A stretch of DNA of 64,000 bases from Magallana gigas (taxonomy: Eukaryota), in contig NC_088858.1 in the NCBI RefSeq assembly GCF_963853765.1, positions 51,150,001 through 51,214,000 on the forward strand. The letters run 5' to 3'. This document shows positions 49,846-60,816 of the stretch, in pieces (the first letter of the stretch is position 1; every line of letters begins with the position of its first letter). The position numbers were made by a program, and so were the translations under genes. The notes beneath the pieces are model-generated. The model saw nothing but the letters and a program-made list of their open reading frames with translations, searched no databases and was not told the DNA's origin.

Positions 49846-52459
49846 TTAACTTATTATATTTTTAAAAATAGTAACAGATTTAATTCAGATTTGTCATGAT
49901 AAGCAGATAATAACATGAAGAAAACTAATCGACCTAATACTTATTGCCGTTTCTGTTTTGTGCTGAACTTGACCCAACACGAAAGTTTCAAGCTTACCTT
50001 CTGTCAATCTGCCTGTATATATGTTAAAAAGTCATATAACCTAACAAAGTGTGGGTTTGATTTGTTAAAAATATATTTGTGTATGTTTTACCGCCATTAT
50101 CATTATTTCTAAAAAGAGATATCTGTTGAAATTTGGAGCAGTTGTACTATAAAATAACTCTAAAGGATAACAATTTCATTTAACTACAAAATTTGATTTC
50201 GTTCTAATATACCTTCATCCTTATTTTGTTTCAGCCATAATTTGCAGTACAGCTTCCATTTCTGATGTTTTGATTAAAGCAAATCCATTAAGAGTAAAAG
50301 TATAAGATGCTGATATAATGAAACGATTTCTCGAAAGTTTAAGACTCAATTGAAGCATTGAGCTCAAACAACAATTTACTTTATGTTCAAGAATATTTGC
50401 CTATAACGGAAGTCAGTGTAGAGAGTTTTATGAGGTGAAATGCATTTGTATTATCTTTAGTTATTTACTGCAAATAACTTTCTTTGAAAAATACATAAGA
50501 AGTATACAAGTTTTAATTAAAAGAATCTGATAGATTTTGCCATGACATTATGCTCCAGGGCTCAATTTGTTTGAATCGATAACAGCCTGCTGCCTTAAAT
50601 TGTTAATACTCTTTCTTCTTTTTTTGTCAAACCTTTACATATTATGAGGTTTGCAAAAATCGGTATTTTGTTTCATACGTATTAAACATTCTGCAATAAA
50701 TATAATCCATTGAATAGTGAGTAAATGCTGTGCTTTGTAGTTTGAGAATCAATTTTTATAACAATCTTCAGAAAAAATAGCTTTTTTAAAGGTTTTCGAT
50801 GCTTTTTTTTAAATTTTTTGAATTTATACTGTATATACATGTATATACATCATGAAGGTATATTAAACACAGATTCATTCATCATGTAAAAGCAGCTAGG
50901 ACAGACCTTTGTCTCACTGAGCGTCCAAATGGATGGCTCTGCCGTAATCAGTAGATTTTCTCTCCGGTCTGATGTTTTTGATATTCCAGATAGAGGCTCC
51001 TCCGCGCCTTCTGTCAAAGCCCGCGTCAATCACCTGTAGCTAGGATGATGACGCGCGCCGGTGTCGCCGGTTAGTGGGCACTGATTTGTTCTCTGTGTGT
51101 TGTAATTGGCATTGTGCTATTATCATTTTCTATTCTATTATAAGGCAACAATGAAAAATCAAATTAATTGGGACAAAATGGAGTCGCTCTTTTTTCTTTC
51201 CTATTTTATGTGTTAATTACATCTTTATTGGGACCCTTTGAGATTCAACACTTGTTTCCCTCTATGTTGACGTAAATACAATTAATGATGTTGCTTTAAT
51301 TAATGAAATATATACGTGCTAGGTTTTTGTCAAATCATAAAAACTACGTAATAAAACACAGAGATAACGCCCACAAGTCGTATATTAACCCTGTATGTAT
51401 GTTTATTGTTGTTTAAATGTATAACAATTGTAGTTGCCAATGGTATAAGACGGTGAAATAATAAATTCTTCCGGTTATACATAGTCTACAGTCTTAATCA
51501 ATAGTACACTCTTTCTTCAGTCTGGAACGTCAGCCGATACACTACAAATCCCTCACACAATACAAACTGAATCTTTAGTTACTGGAATGGAACTTAATAT
51601 TTAAATACTTAGTAAGCAAACACACGTGCACCAAATAACAAAATATCCGCATTTTTTAAAAAAAAGTTTTTTTTCATATAGCGAGAATAGGATATACCCA
51701 TTAGACTTTAACCAGAGACCACAAAACTTGAGCAAAATTAAAAAACAACAAACAAACAAACAAACAAAAAACCAAAAAAAAAACACCAAAAACCTCGATA
51801 AAACTAGATAATTGTCGGGATTTTGCATAAGTTGTTGATCAAATTAATGTCCTTTTCAAAAAAGACCAATGTAATGACGCCTATATTATATGAAAGATTC
51901 TTTAAAAAAATTATCCACTCTTTATTCACTACCGGGTACATCTTAGAATAGATAGATTTCATATTTTAAACGCATTGTAGGAGAGAAAATGATTGCAATA
52001 GTCCACAGAAATTTAATTCCATTAATTAGAGTTCCGGTACAGTTCTCCGTAAAGGAGTCGTGGCACTGGTCCCTGCAGTACTAATATGTCTTGTGAAAGC
52101 TAAGGTATGTAGGGTTGAGAATGATCTGAAAATTTCTTAGTGATATTATCGCATCTTTTTGAAATCGCAACGGGATCATGTTTGGTAAAAAACAAACCAC
52201 GTTTAGAACAGTTTTTTTAAACCTCTTGTTCATTGGTTCAGCTAAATGAACCAAGATTACAACTGGATCGTTATGAGGATATTAAATCAAATTGAATTGT
52301 AATGGGTTAGACAGCCTTCACTATTACATTCCAATCGTAAAGTAAGCCTTACAATCCAAACGTTCTGATTGATCACACGAGTGTTCATTGGTTCTTTAAA
52401 AACCATTTTATTTCATCAAACTTAATACTGCAAGAATAGAAATCTTATCACAACTGTTA

Positions 52460-52774
52460 TCACTGCTTGATTTCTAAATAAATATAGGAGCCGTCAACTC
52501 CATTGTTTGAATCACAGCCTGAGTTTGAATTCTCCAATTCTGGGGTATTAATTTTGATGACTGGAATCGAGGCCGGACTGCTTCCGCCACTATCCATGTA
52601 CGTGGTGGCGCTCGAGTCGTAGCTTTGATAGTGCTGCCCCCTACCGGTACATAATACGGACGGATGATCGAGCTCGCCCACGCCCGGATCCTCGGTGGAC
52701 AAGTCTATGCCGCTCTCCTCGAGACTACTAAAGTTGTCCTGGATATTTGTAAACGTAAAAGGAGAACCATTGTC
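52460..52774 (-). CDS. Probable alternative 3' coding exon of TMEM196 (104 aa, acidic/Ser-rich)
   Basis: Acceptor TTTTCACGTACAG| at 52776-52775, then a stop-free phase-0 frame DNGSPFTFTNIQDNFSSLEESGIDLSTEDPG...YIYLEIKQ* in a GC-richer block. A phase-0 donor candidate AAG|GTACTT lies at 53284 inside the previous exon. Confidence 0.55.
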   Translation of the reverse strand, partial: DNGSPFTFTNIQDNFSSLEESGIDLSTEDPGVGELDHPSVLCTGRGQHYQSYDSSATTYMDSGGSSPASIPVIKINTPELENSNSGCDSNNGVDGSYIYLEIKQ

Positions 52775-53212
52775 CTGTACGTGAAAAATGTGTTATTGAC
52801 TGTGTGTACGCTTAGCACATTGAAAAAAAACACAGGAAAATGAAAACAATAAGAGATTGCGTTTTCTGATCATTTTACTTGTTTTAGATCTATTGCTACA
52901 CAGCAAAACGTAAATGACTGAACAGGACCTGGTACAAACATTGATCATAATAACTCAGGTAGAAATATGAAAAAAAGTATCTGTAGATAAATATTTGATA
53001 AGATTTAGAATAGAATATCTCAATCTATCTGCCACAACAATGGGTTACATGATTTCGTTGTCTAAGGTAACACTGGCGTAACAAAAATATAGCAAAGAAA
53101 TCCGGAAATCTAAATTGCCATCTAACTAACTATACATTGGTAAAAGAACCTAGTAGACAGTCATTAATTGATTAAACGAAGCACCATACACTGTAAATAG
53201 AACTTAGTTGTA

Positions 53213-54024
53213 TCAAATTGCAGTGTCTTTGGCACTGTCTAACAGAGGCTTGGTAACCACCACTATGTCTTTTTGTCCAAGTACCTTAATATGGAACATT
53301 CCCTCTCGTTGTTGGCACATTTCCTCTTTGGCGATTTTGGCGACACGGCAACTGAGGAGAATGGATAGAATGCAAATGAGACACTCGACCCCAGCGGTTC
53401 CCATGGCGATAATGATCAGAGGGTCCTTGACCTCTTTCTGAAAAGTGCTGCCATCCGTGGCGTGATTTTGGAGACCAACCCGTAGAAGTTGGAAACTTAC
53501 GAACGTGGTCACCATAGAAACGGCAGCTATTGCAATAAAACACATTATCTGCAAAAAAATTAAAATATAGATTTCAAATCTATAGAATATCTCGATTTTT
53601 ATTATTTATTTGATAACAGATTTATTTTTTATATTAAAAAACATTTACCACATATGATGTCTTTCTTTTGGCACAGAGTATTCCAACAAGCCCGGTAATA
53701 AAAAACTGCACATGAGAACAAAAATATTTAATTACTGAAGTTTCCTGTAATTGAAACAATTTCATCTACCTTTTATTTAACGAGAGATAATAAAGAAGAA
53801 AAAGAGACATTAAAAAATTATAGTGTCCAAGTTTCTTAATATTCTGAAACCAGGCAGACATAGGTAAGACTTACTATGCCACCGCTCCAGATAGGTGACA
53901 CGCTGTGTGCCAGCCAGACTTCCGCCTGGATGCTAAGAATGACCCCGAGACACACACTGAACACTCCCAGAAAGATGTGACAGCCTGAGGCACAGAAAAC
54001 CAGGATTAGGTCCCAACGAACCAT
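53213..54024 (-). CDS. TMEM196: Transmembrane protein 196 homolog (four-pass, CD20/MS4A-like), 180 aa
   Basis: Exons 54024-53875, 53705-53649, 53548-53213, all phase 0. SPIWSGGIFFITGLVGILCAKRK, SFQLLRV and LSCRVAKIAKEEMCQQREGMFH match the TMEM196 pattern as recalled (SPVWSG..CGILCAKKK, NFQFLRA, LTCRLASYEQRRMFSERE). Confidence 0.8.
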
Positions 54025-55467
54025 GGCGACAAGCAGGTGCGAGATCACGTGGATTAACGTCCAAGGAAGCAACCTGACAAAAGAACGGAATCTGAATTGT
54101 CATCTCAAAATTAAAACCTTTGTAGAAGAACAGTAAGAGAAATAAAGACCAAAGAATACAGGGCGCGGTCAGGATTGTGAATGAGAGATGTATCATGATT
54201 TAGGATAACATATTTCAAGAAATTCTAAGATGAAATTGCTGGAATTTGTAAAGAAGCAAGTAGTTGCGTTTGAACATTTTTCTTATAAATTGAACACAGC
54301 ATACTTCTCAGTTTCAATAACACAGTCTGTTAACTTACCCATGTTGCGTGTATTCCGTATTAACAGTCCAGTTCTAATTTTACCCTGTTCTTCCACAAAC
54401 GACACGGATTGGTATTAACCTGATTGATTTCAAAGTATCCATGTTATAAAGCTTCAATTACGTCAAACTCGAAAGGCCAGTCACTGGCTGCTAGAGGCTC
54501 CTAACCATAAGAAATCCAATATTGGACGGTCTTGGAGCTACCTTACAAATGCATGGCAGTATCGATCGGTCTTCAACTCTCTATTGATCGTTTGGTTGCA
54601 AACAGTCTCAGCAGCGTGGCTGGGACGGGTTATTATATTGTCTACTGCACAGAATGAACAGAGGGAAAGGGAAAAATCGATGGTGTGTATGTATGTCCAA
54701 ACTGTTTAATCATTGTCTTAAATTATCATGACTGTTTGCCATGTCCAAATATTGAAAGTTAAGAAATAACAGAAGATGTAAGGTATTGTTGACTTGAGTG
54801 ATATTACCGTGAGAAAATTACTCAGCTCATCAGGCCGTGTTACACAGCAATAGAACGCACTGGTTAAAAGAATATGAAGCTCTACACATGTAAAAAAAAC
54901 ATCACATAATTGTAACTTAAAATAGAGAAATAGCAAAGGGACGTTCTACATCACTAAAGAAGATGGATAAGGCGTGTAAAATGCCTATACACGGTCGGAC
55001 AAGCTATTGAAAAATCAAAATATCAATAAATCTGATATTTCTTTTTTAAAATCATTTAAGACAATAAATATTTAACATATAATTGTTTTTAAACCTATAA
55101 ATAGGTTAAATACTTGGAATATGTTGACTCAAACAGGCGTAAACGTATCAAAACCTGCAAATAGTGTCATTTTTTAAAACTTCAATGCATTTTCTTTTAC
55201 AGAGTAGGTCTGTGCTCCGTATTTTTCTCATAGTCTCAATAAGGCCTAATGAAAAACAAATAATAATTCAATAATAAAAAAAAAAAAACGCGGAGAGATC
55301 ACCCACTATATAGTTAAAAAAAAACGTGGAGAGATGATCCAATATATATTAAAAAATAGCATATTGTACCCCAACAATTCAACGTTTTGAAAAAATAATA
55401 CAAGTCCGTAAATTCGTGGCCAAAGTCACACATAATATTTAAACAACTTATTTTGTTATTTCTGAAA

Positions 55468-55543
55468 TGGCTCAGTGGTTAGAGTACCTGACAAAAGCTT
55501 ACCTTATATTTATAGGGTTCTTAAGTTATGGGTTCGATACCAC
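55468..55543 (+). mobile_element. Degenerate tRNA-derived (Pol III A/B box) repeat head
   Basis: A box TGGCTCAGTGG at 55468-55478 and B box GGTTCGATACC at 55531-55541. No coherent cloverleaf. Confidence 0.45.
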
Positions 55544-58160
55544 TAAAATTTTAGGCAATATTTTTTCTTATCTTTTGTTAAATATATTAAAAACTGAATA
55601 TATTTAGAAATTGTGCTTTTGCAAACTTGTTTTATAATATATTTGAATAGATTTAATTCGGAAAATAAATTCAAAATTGTATTTCATGACTAAAACGAAT
55701 GGACATTTACGCCATTTTATTCCCCCATCTTCTTTCTAGGCTTTTATTTGATTTTTGGAGAAATATTTTTTTTTACTATTCTTGATTGAAAACTTTATCC
55801 TGTTATGAGCTAAATAAAGTAAATTTAGTAAGCTTGAAACATTTCTTTTGATATTTTGCCAACGTATAAATTGACATTTTTACACAATTTATCCAAATTT
55901 ACAAAAGCATACGTCAACCAATCAATCAATCAACCATTCAATCGATCAGGTTTTGTAATTAGATGACCATTAGAAGACGTGAGTGGTATTGTTTTGGGTT
56001 GTTGACTGAGAAATTCCACATCTGGTTGGTTTTTAAATTATCGTATTTTGGTCACTATTGAGCTATTTGGAAAACAATCTCTGCAATTTTTGTGCTAGAT
56101 AGCTTGCGAACCACTCCTCAAATACATACCAGACATTTCTGTGCATATGTAACTCGTATTTGATACTGTGATACAAGTAAAGCCATCTAATGTATAACTG
56201 ACTGAAATATGAAGTAAAGAAGGAAATCATTATGAAGATAAAAATGCTGCTTATAAATTTTTTTTTTTTAAAGTTGTGTCTATACAGTGTATCAATAACT
56301 AGACGGGGCGGAAAAGGTGGATTATATCAAAAACTAATATTGACATGTATTTGTTGTGATATAAGGGGACAATTCAAACCTTATCAACAGGGTGGATTGG
56401 ATGGGGTTTTATATCAGCAACAACTTGTTCCTCTGCCTTGTAGGTACAATCACAGATTGGCAATGCTCCAATTTCATTCAATTTAATTTTACTTTTCAAA
56501 AGGTACAAAAAGTACGTGTCCCTCTGCTAGACCCAGATGTGTCGAAGTGTTATAATTTTGTTTATGAAACGTTTTAAAGCGATTCCTCAGACAAACACAT
56601 AGAACAATTCGGGCTTTCAGCATTACTTATCGATGTATTGATTCAGCAATCCAGACTCCAGCAGAGTTCGGAACGGGAGATATAAGTCCGGATATACCCA
56701 CAGGAAACAAGATATGATAATACTCAACGGAACAGGATGGACCAACAAGTCAACAGTCAATGGCATCCATGCCAGGACATTATATCATACTGCACCAAGT
56801 GTTGTTTTTTTAGCTGTAATAATTGTAAGAACTTCTATCTTCATTCTTTTTTCTCTCACCAAAACACTCTTAATTAAATACAACGATTTGTTTTACTCGG
56901 TAGTACTAACGTGCTCGTTCATTGACACTGACCATGTATGGATAATATGATTGTTGGACGAACGGCCTTGGCACTGACACCCATGGATGGAGGATAGAAG
57001 TGAGAAATCCCTTTAGTGTTATTATTTATAACTCTTTATTATATATGCACATTGTATTTTTACATTTCAGTTTAATTAAAAATGTATAAAAAAAAAAAGA
57101 TGTTGTTTTTTTTCTTTAGAACCATACGTTAAAATAGCAGTTTTAGGGTAAAACAGAAAATCAACATTTTTTTTACTAACGCTCAGTCAAAATTGCAGAA
57201 ACGTTTTTAAAAGTCCAAACCATTATATTTGAATTTAAATTGACACCAGAGAAAATGTTGTTGAATTAATAAATGAAAGCGTATAGATTTCTGTTAGAAT
57301 ATTCATTTTTAGACACATGTTTCCTTCATTATTCCTTGCTTTAAATTAAAAATGTGTTTTATTTATTTCTAAAATATTGATTATATATGATTTTCTGTTA
57401 AAACCCTCTCCAAGTTATTAACTGGCAATTTTGTCTGTTTGATGAAACCAGACTGCTTTTTGCATATCGAAATTAATTATTTTTACACATTTAGTCTTCT
57501 TGGAAGTTGGTACCATAACGTAAAAATCTTTATAACTGTGCGCATTTCGGAATTTGGAATTTATATTTTGACATTGCATGTTTTGTTACGGTAATTACCT
57601 TACATAGCTACCAAATTTCTTAATTTAAATGCAAACAAAATTAGTTTGTCGGGAATAAGATATCTACCGTATTTGGCAAAGAAACTATCCACACAAAAGG
57701 CTCCACAACAAAGCTTTATTTTTAATAAAAGACATAAAGCATTTAGGATTTTATGTGATGCCATTACGAAATCACGAATAAAAGATTCACTTCCTTAAAC
57801 ATTGTCAACACTACAACAAACATGTCATTTTTCAGCAAATATTCACATGTTAATTTCATCAAAGAACATCTCAAAAGTACATTTGGACATGCTTGTAATA
57901 TCAATTTTATCGCAAAAGCAAAAAAATAACTGTACGTAATAGTTCCCCAAAATCTGATGGTTGTAATAAACACACGATACTAAAGCCACGAATTTTATAA
58001 TGTTACCTTGAATAACAATGATTTAAGTTTTCAAACACCCAATCAGCACGACAAAGGTGCATTAAAAAGATATAATGCAATGAAGAATGCTTGACCGCAT
58101 CAGGGTAGCCGACCCACCCAAGATGCATTTTTGTCCTGTCCTGCGTTCTGGGGGGGGGTA

Positions 58161-59330
58161 TCAAATAGATCCACTCATTTTCAAGAGGAATGATGAATTC
58201 ATTAAAGTGAAAGCTGAAAGGAAAAGGAAGATGCAAAGACGATCAAAACATTTCCCAGCATCCCTCCACATGACGTCATTTTTCTCCTTTGTCTCTTCCG
58301 TTTTCTGGTCCCGTCTTTGTAAAAAACAGATGACATTTTTGATACATTGAGGAACAGGTTTCACCGATCTGCGATGTATTCGAAGCCCAAAAATGGTGAA
58401 TATAATAATGAAGGCGGAAAGAGACACATTTGATACGAGAAGGTAACAAATCAGAGAAATGGTTGGCTTAGAGGTCTGCGGAAGGTTTTCGGACACAAGA
58501 GTCAAAAAGACGATGATTGCTAAATGAACAGAGAGAGCATAGGCTATTCTGTCACCGTGTGCCACAGGAATGACAAAAACAAAGATGTTGAGAATACCTA
58601 GCATCAAAACAGGTAGCAACATGTTCACAAGGAAAAATATGGATCTCCTCCTCAACTTTACGACGAAGTGAACGTAATCCAGGTTATGTTGAGAGTGCGA
58701 ATAAGCATACGTGTCAAGTATGTCCCAAACACCATGGGGTGAATAATATTGCAGATTCACTTTATCCGAAAGCATTTTGAAGCTCATCTGCGTAACAGAA
58801 TATCCCCATGTGACATAGGTCATTCTACAAACCTGAACGTCAAACGGAAAGTTTTCAACGTCCACATCACAAACAGTTTCAATGACGTCACCTGGATTCC
58901 AAGAGGCATGTCCGGAAGAAGAGAAATGAATTATCATTTCGTCATTTCCAAGATTGTGGTGAATGGCAAATGAGTTTGTCAGTAAGATTGCAGGTTTCCA
59001 AACTAGATTTTGTGGTAAGAAAAGACTATGGACATTGTTGAATTTTTGGGAATCCCATTGTATTCTCGGATCTGACCAAGATATGTAGAAAAATCCAATG
59101 ACGGAGAATTTACCGGTTAGTTCGTCTAATTCGTTTATATTCATCATACTGAACTCGATATTTATCTCTATAGGTTCGTGCAAACTCACACACGGCCGTA
59201 CATGTCTATTGTATCCTCCCATAACGGAATTAAAAACGGATTCCTCCAACCGGCAGAAGGATGTGTTTCGAGGGACTGCCCTTGATGCAAGAAAAAGCAA
59301 CGACAGAAAAAAAAGAAGAAGGGTACACAT
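58161..59330 (-). CDS. Intronless Cys-loop ligand-gated ion channel, nicotinic acetylcholine receptor non-alpha-like subunit, 389 aa
   Basis: Single ORF with a signal peptide, YNRHVRP, WSDPRIQWD, VWKPAILLTNS, Cys-loop CDVDVENFPFDVQVC, M1 LRRRSIFFLVNMLLP, M2 GDRIAYALSVHLAIIVFLTLVSENLPQTS, and M4 WRDAGKCFDRLCIFLF. No vicinal Cys pair in loop C. Confidence 0.95.
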   Translation of the reverse strand: MCTLLLFFLSLLFLASRAVPRNTSFCRLEESVFNSVMGGYNRHVRPCVSLHEPIEINIEFSMMNINELDELTGKFSVIGFFYISWSDPRIQWDSQKFNNVHSLFLPQNLVWKPAILLTNSFAIHHNLGNDEMIIHFSSSGHASWNPGDVIETVCDVDVENFPFDVQVCRMTYVTWGYSVTQMSFKMLSDKVNLQYYSPHGVWDILDTYAYSHSQHNLDYVHFVVKLRRRSIFFLVNMLLPVLMLGILNIFVFVIPVAHGDRIAYALSVHLAIIVFLTLVSENLPQTSKPTISLICYLLVSNVSLSAFIIIFTIFGLRIHRRSVKPVPQCIKNVICFLQRRDQKTEETKEKNDVMWRDAGKCFDRLCIFLFLSAFTLMNSSFLLKMSGSI

Positions 59331-60816
59331 CTTTACTCAATGTTTCTCTTTGCCCCAACTCACAGTCGACGAAGAGGTTGGTGCTTTTATGTACTCGTTA
59401 TCAGAACTGTTGATGAGTTCCATTATCACAAATGAAGTGCTTAGGTGACAAAAGGTTCAGGAGGTAAATTATCCCGCCTTTTCGACACTTTAAGTGCTAA
59501 GAACAGATGAAATAACAGATGTGTATTTCCTATGACCATAAGAATCAAACTTCCTTTAATAACAAAGCAAGGTTGAATTTGCGTCTTAAACAAGTGACTT
59601 GTATCGGGAAATAAATACATGACTGTTAACAAGTTAGAAATTAGTTCTCAGTTCCATAACTCAAAACTCAAAGTTGCACAATAGATCATTACATTTTGAG
59701 TAAATAATATATGGTATGATGAGGATTTACAATATCATTGCAAAAATTATAAAGAAGATTTGAGATCTTTTATCATGCTATAGTAGATTTTATGGTGTTT
59801 TTATCTTTGGAAAGTAGCTTTGTATTTTTAATAAGACTGGCACTGTCAGCGAAGTTAATTGTACAGAAAAACAATATTTGATAAAAAGATATGTCAAAAC
59901 ACACACTTTGTTAAGATCGACATAATCAGAATAACATCATATCAATGATGTAAAGTGAATGGAATAGTACAGATTATCTGTTTAGAATGACAGATATTGT
60001 TCTACGTCAGTATATGTTAATAACAACCAATTTATATACAGTGCACAATATCTTCAGATTGAAATGTTTGGTATGTAGATGAGTGTCAGGGATAAGTCTG
60101 AGCATTACATTTTGTATTGTAATTATCCCGGAAAAGCATTGTAGTACATGTATTTTTTTTTTATCTTAGACAATACTGATCCTATAGTTAGTACTACATT
60201 CACATGCATACCACTCTTACGAAAGGAAATTGAGAGTACCACATAACATAACGATTGAACAATAGTTCATTATATGTTCATCTCTGTATGAAATGAGTTT
60301 ATCATATCATATAAAGATTTATTCATAGCATATAATGAATAAACCACGGCACATAATGATCTTACGACATAACGTAATGATGTTACCACTTCATATAAAG
60401 ATTTTAAAAATGAAGAGTTGAACTTTGTATCAGAGTAATGTACAAATCAATGTGTTCTCCATTACTTCATACTATGGCAATAATCATACAATTACCGTTA
60501 GAAATGCTTATAGTGACGAACTCGATTCTTAATAATAATAGTAAAATTTTAAACTTCAAAACAGGTTGCTGAAAGTATATTACAATTTACCAAAAAATTA
60601 GTACAACCAACTCGTTATTTTCTTCTTTGTGGTGTGTTTTTATGTAAACAACCAATGATGATTCATACAACGTACAATTATATTTTTGCGGCCCATTTGA
60701 CGCTTGCGTCAATGTGATTTCTTGTATTACTCTTGAAATCAATATACAAGTTGTCGTTTTAGTTATTTTTCATTACAGCTCTCGGTTTATAATATCATTA
60801 ATTAAATGTTTCTTAG

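Noticed and set aside
51045-51084. Box C (ATGATGA) and box D (CTGA) suggesting a snoRNA
   Set aside because: Only about 40 nt from C to D, no terminal stem and no identifiable host intron.
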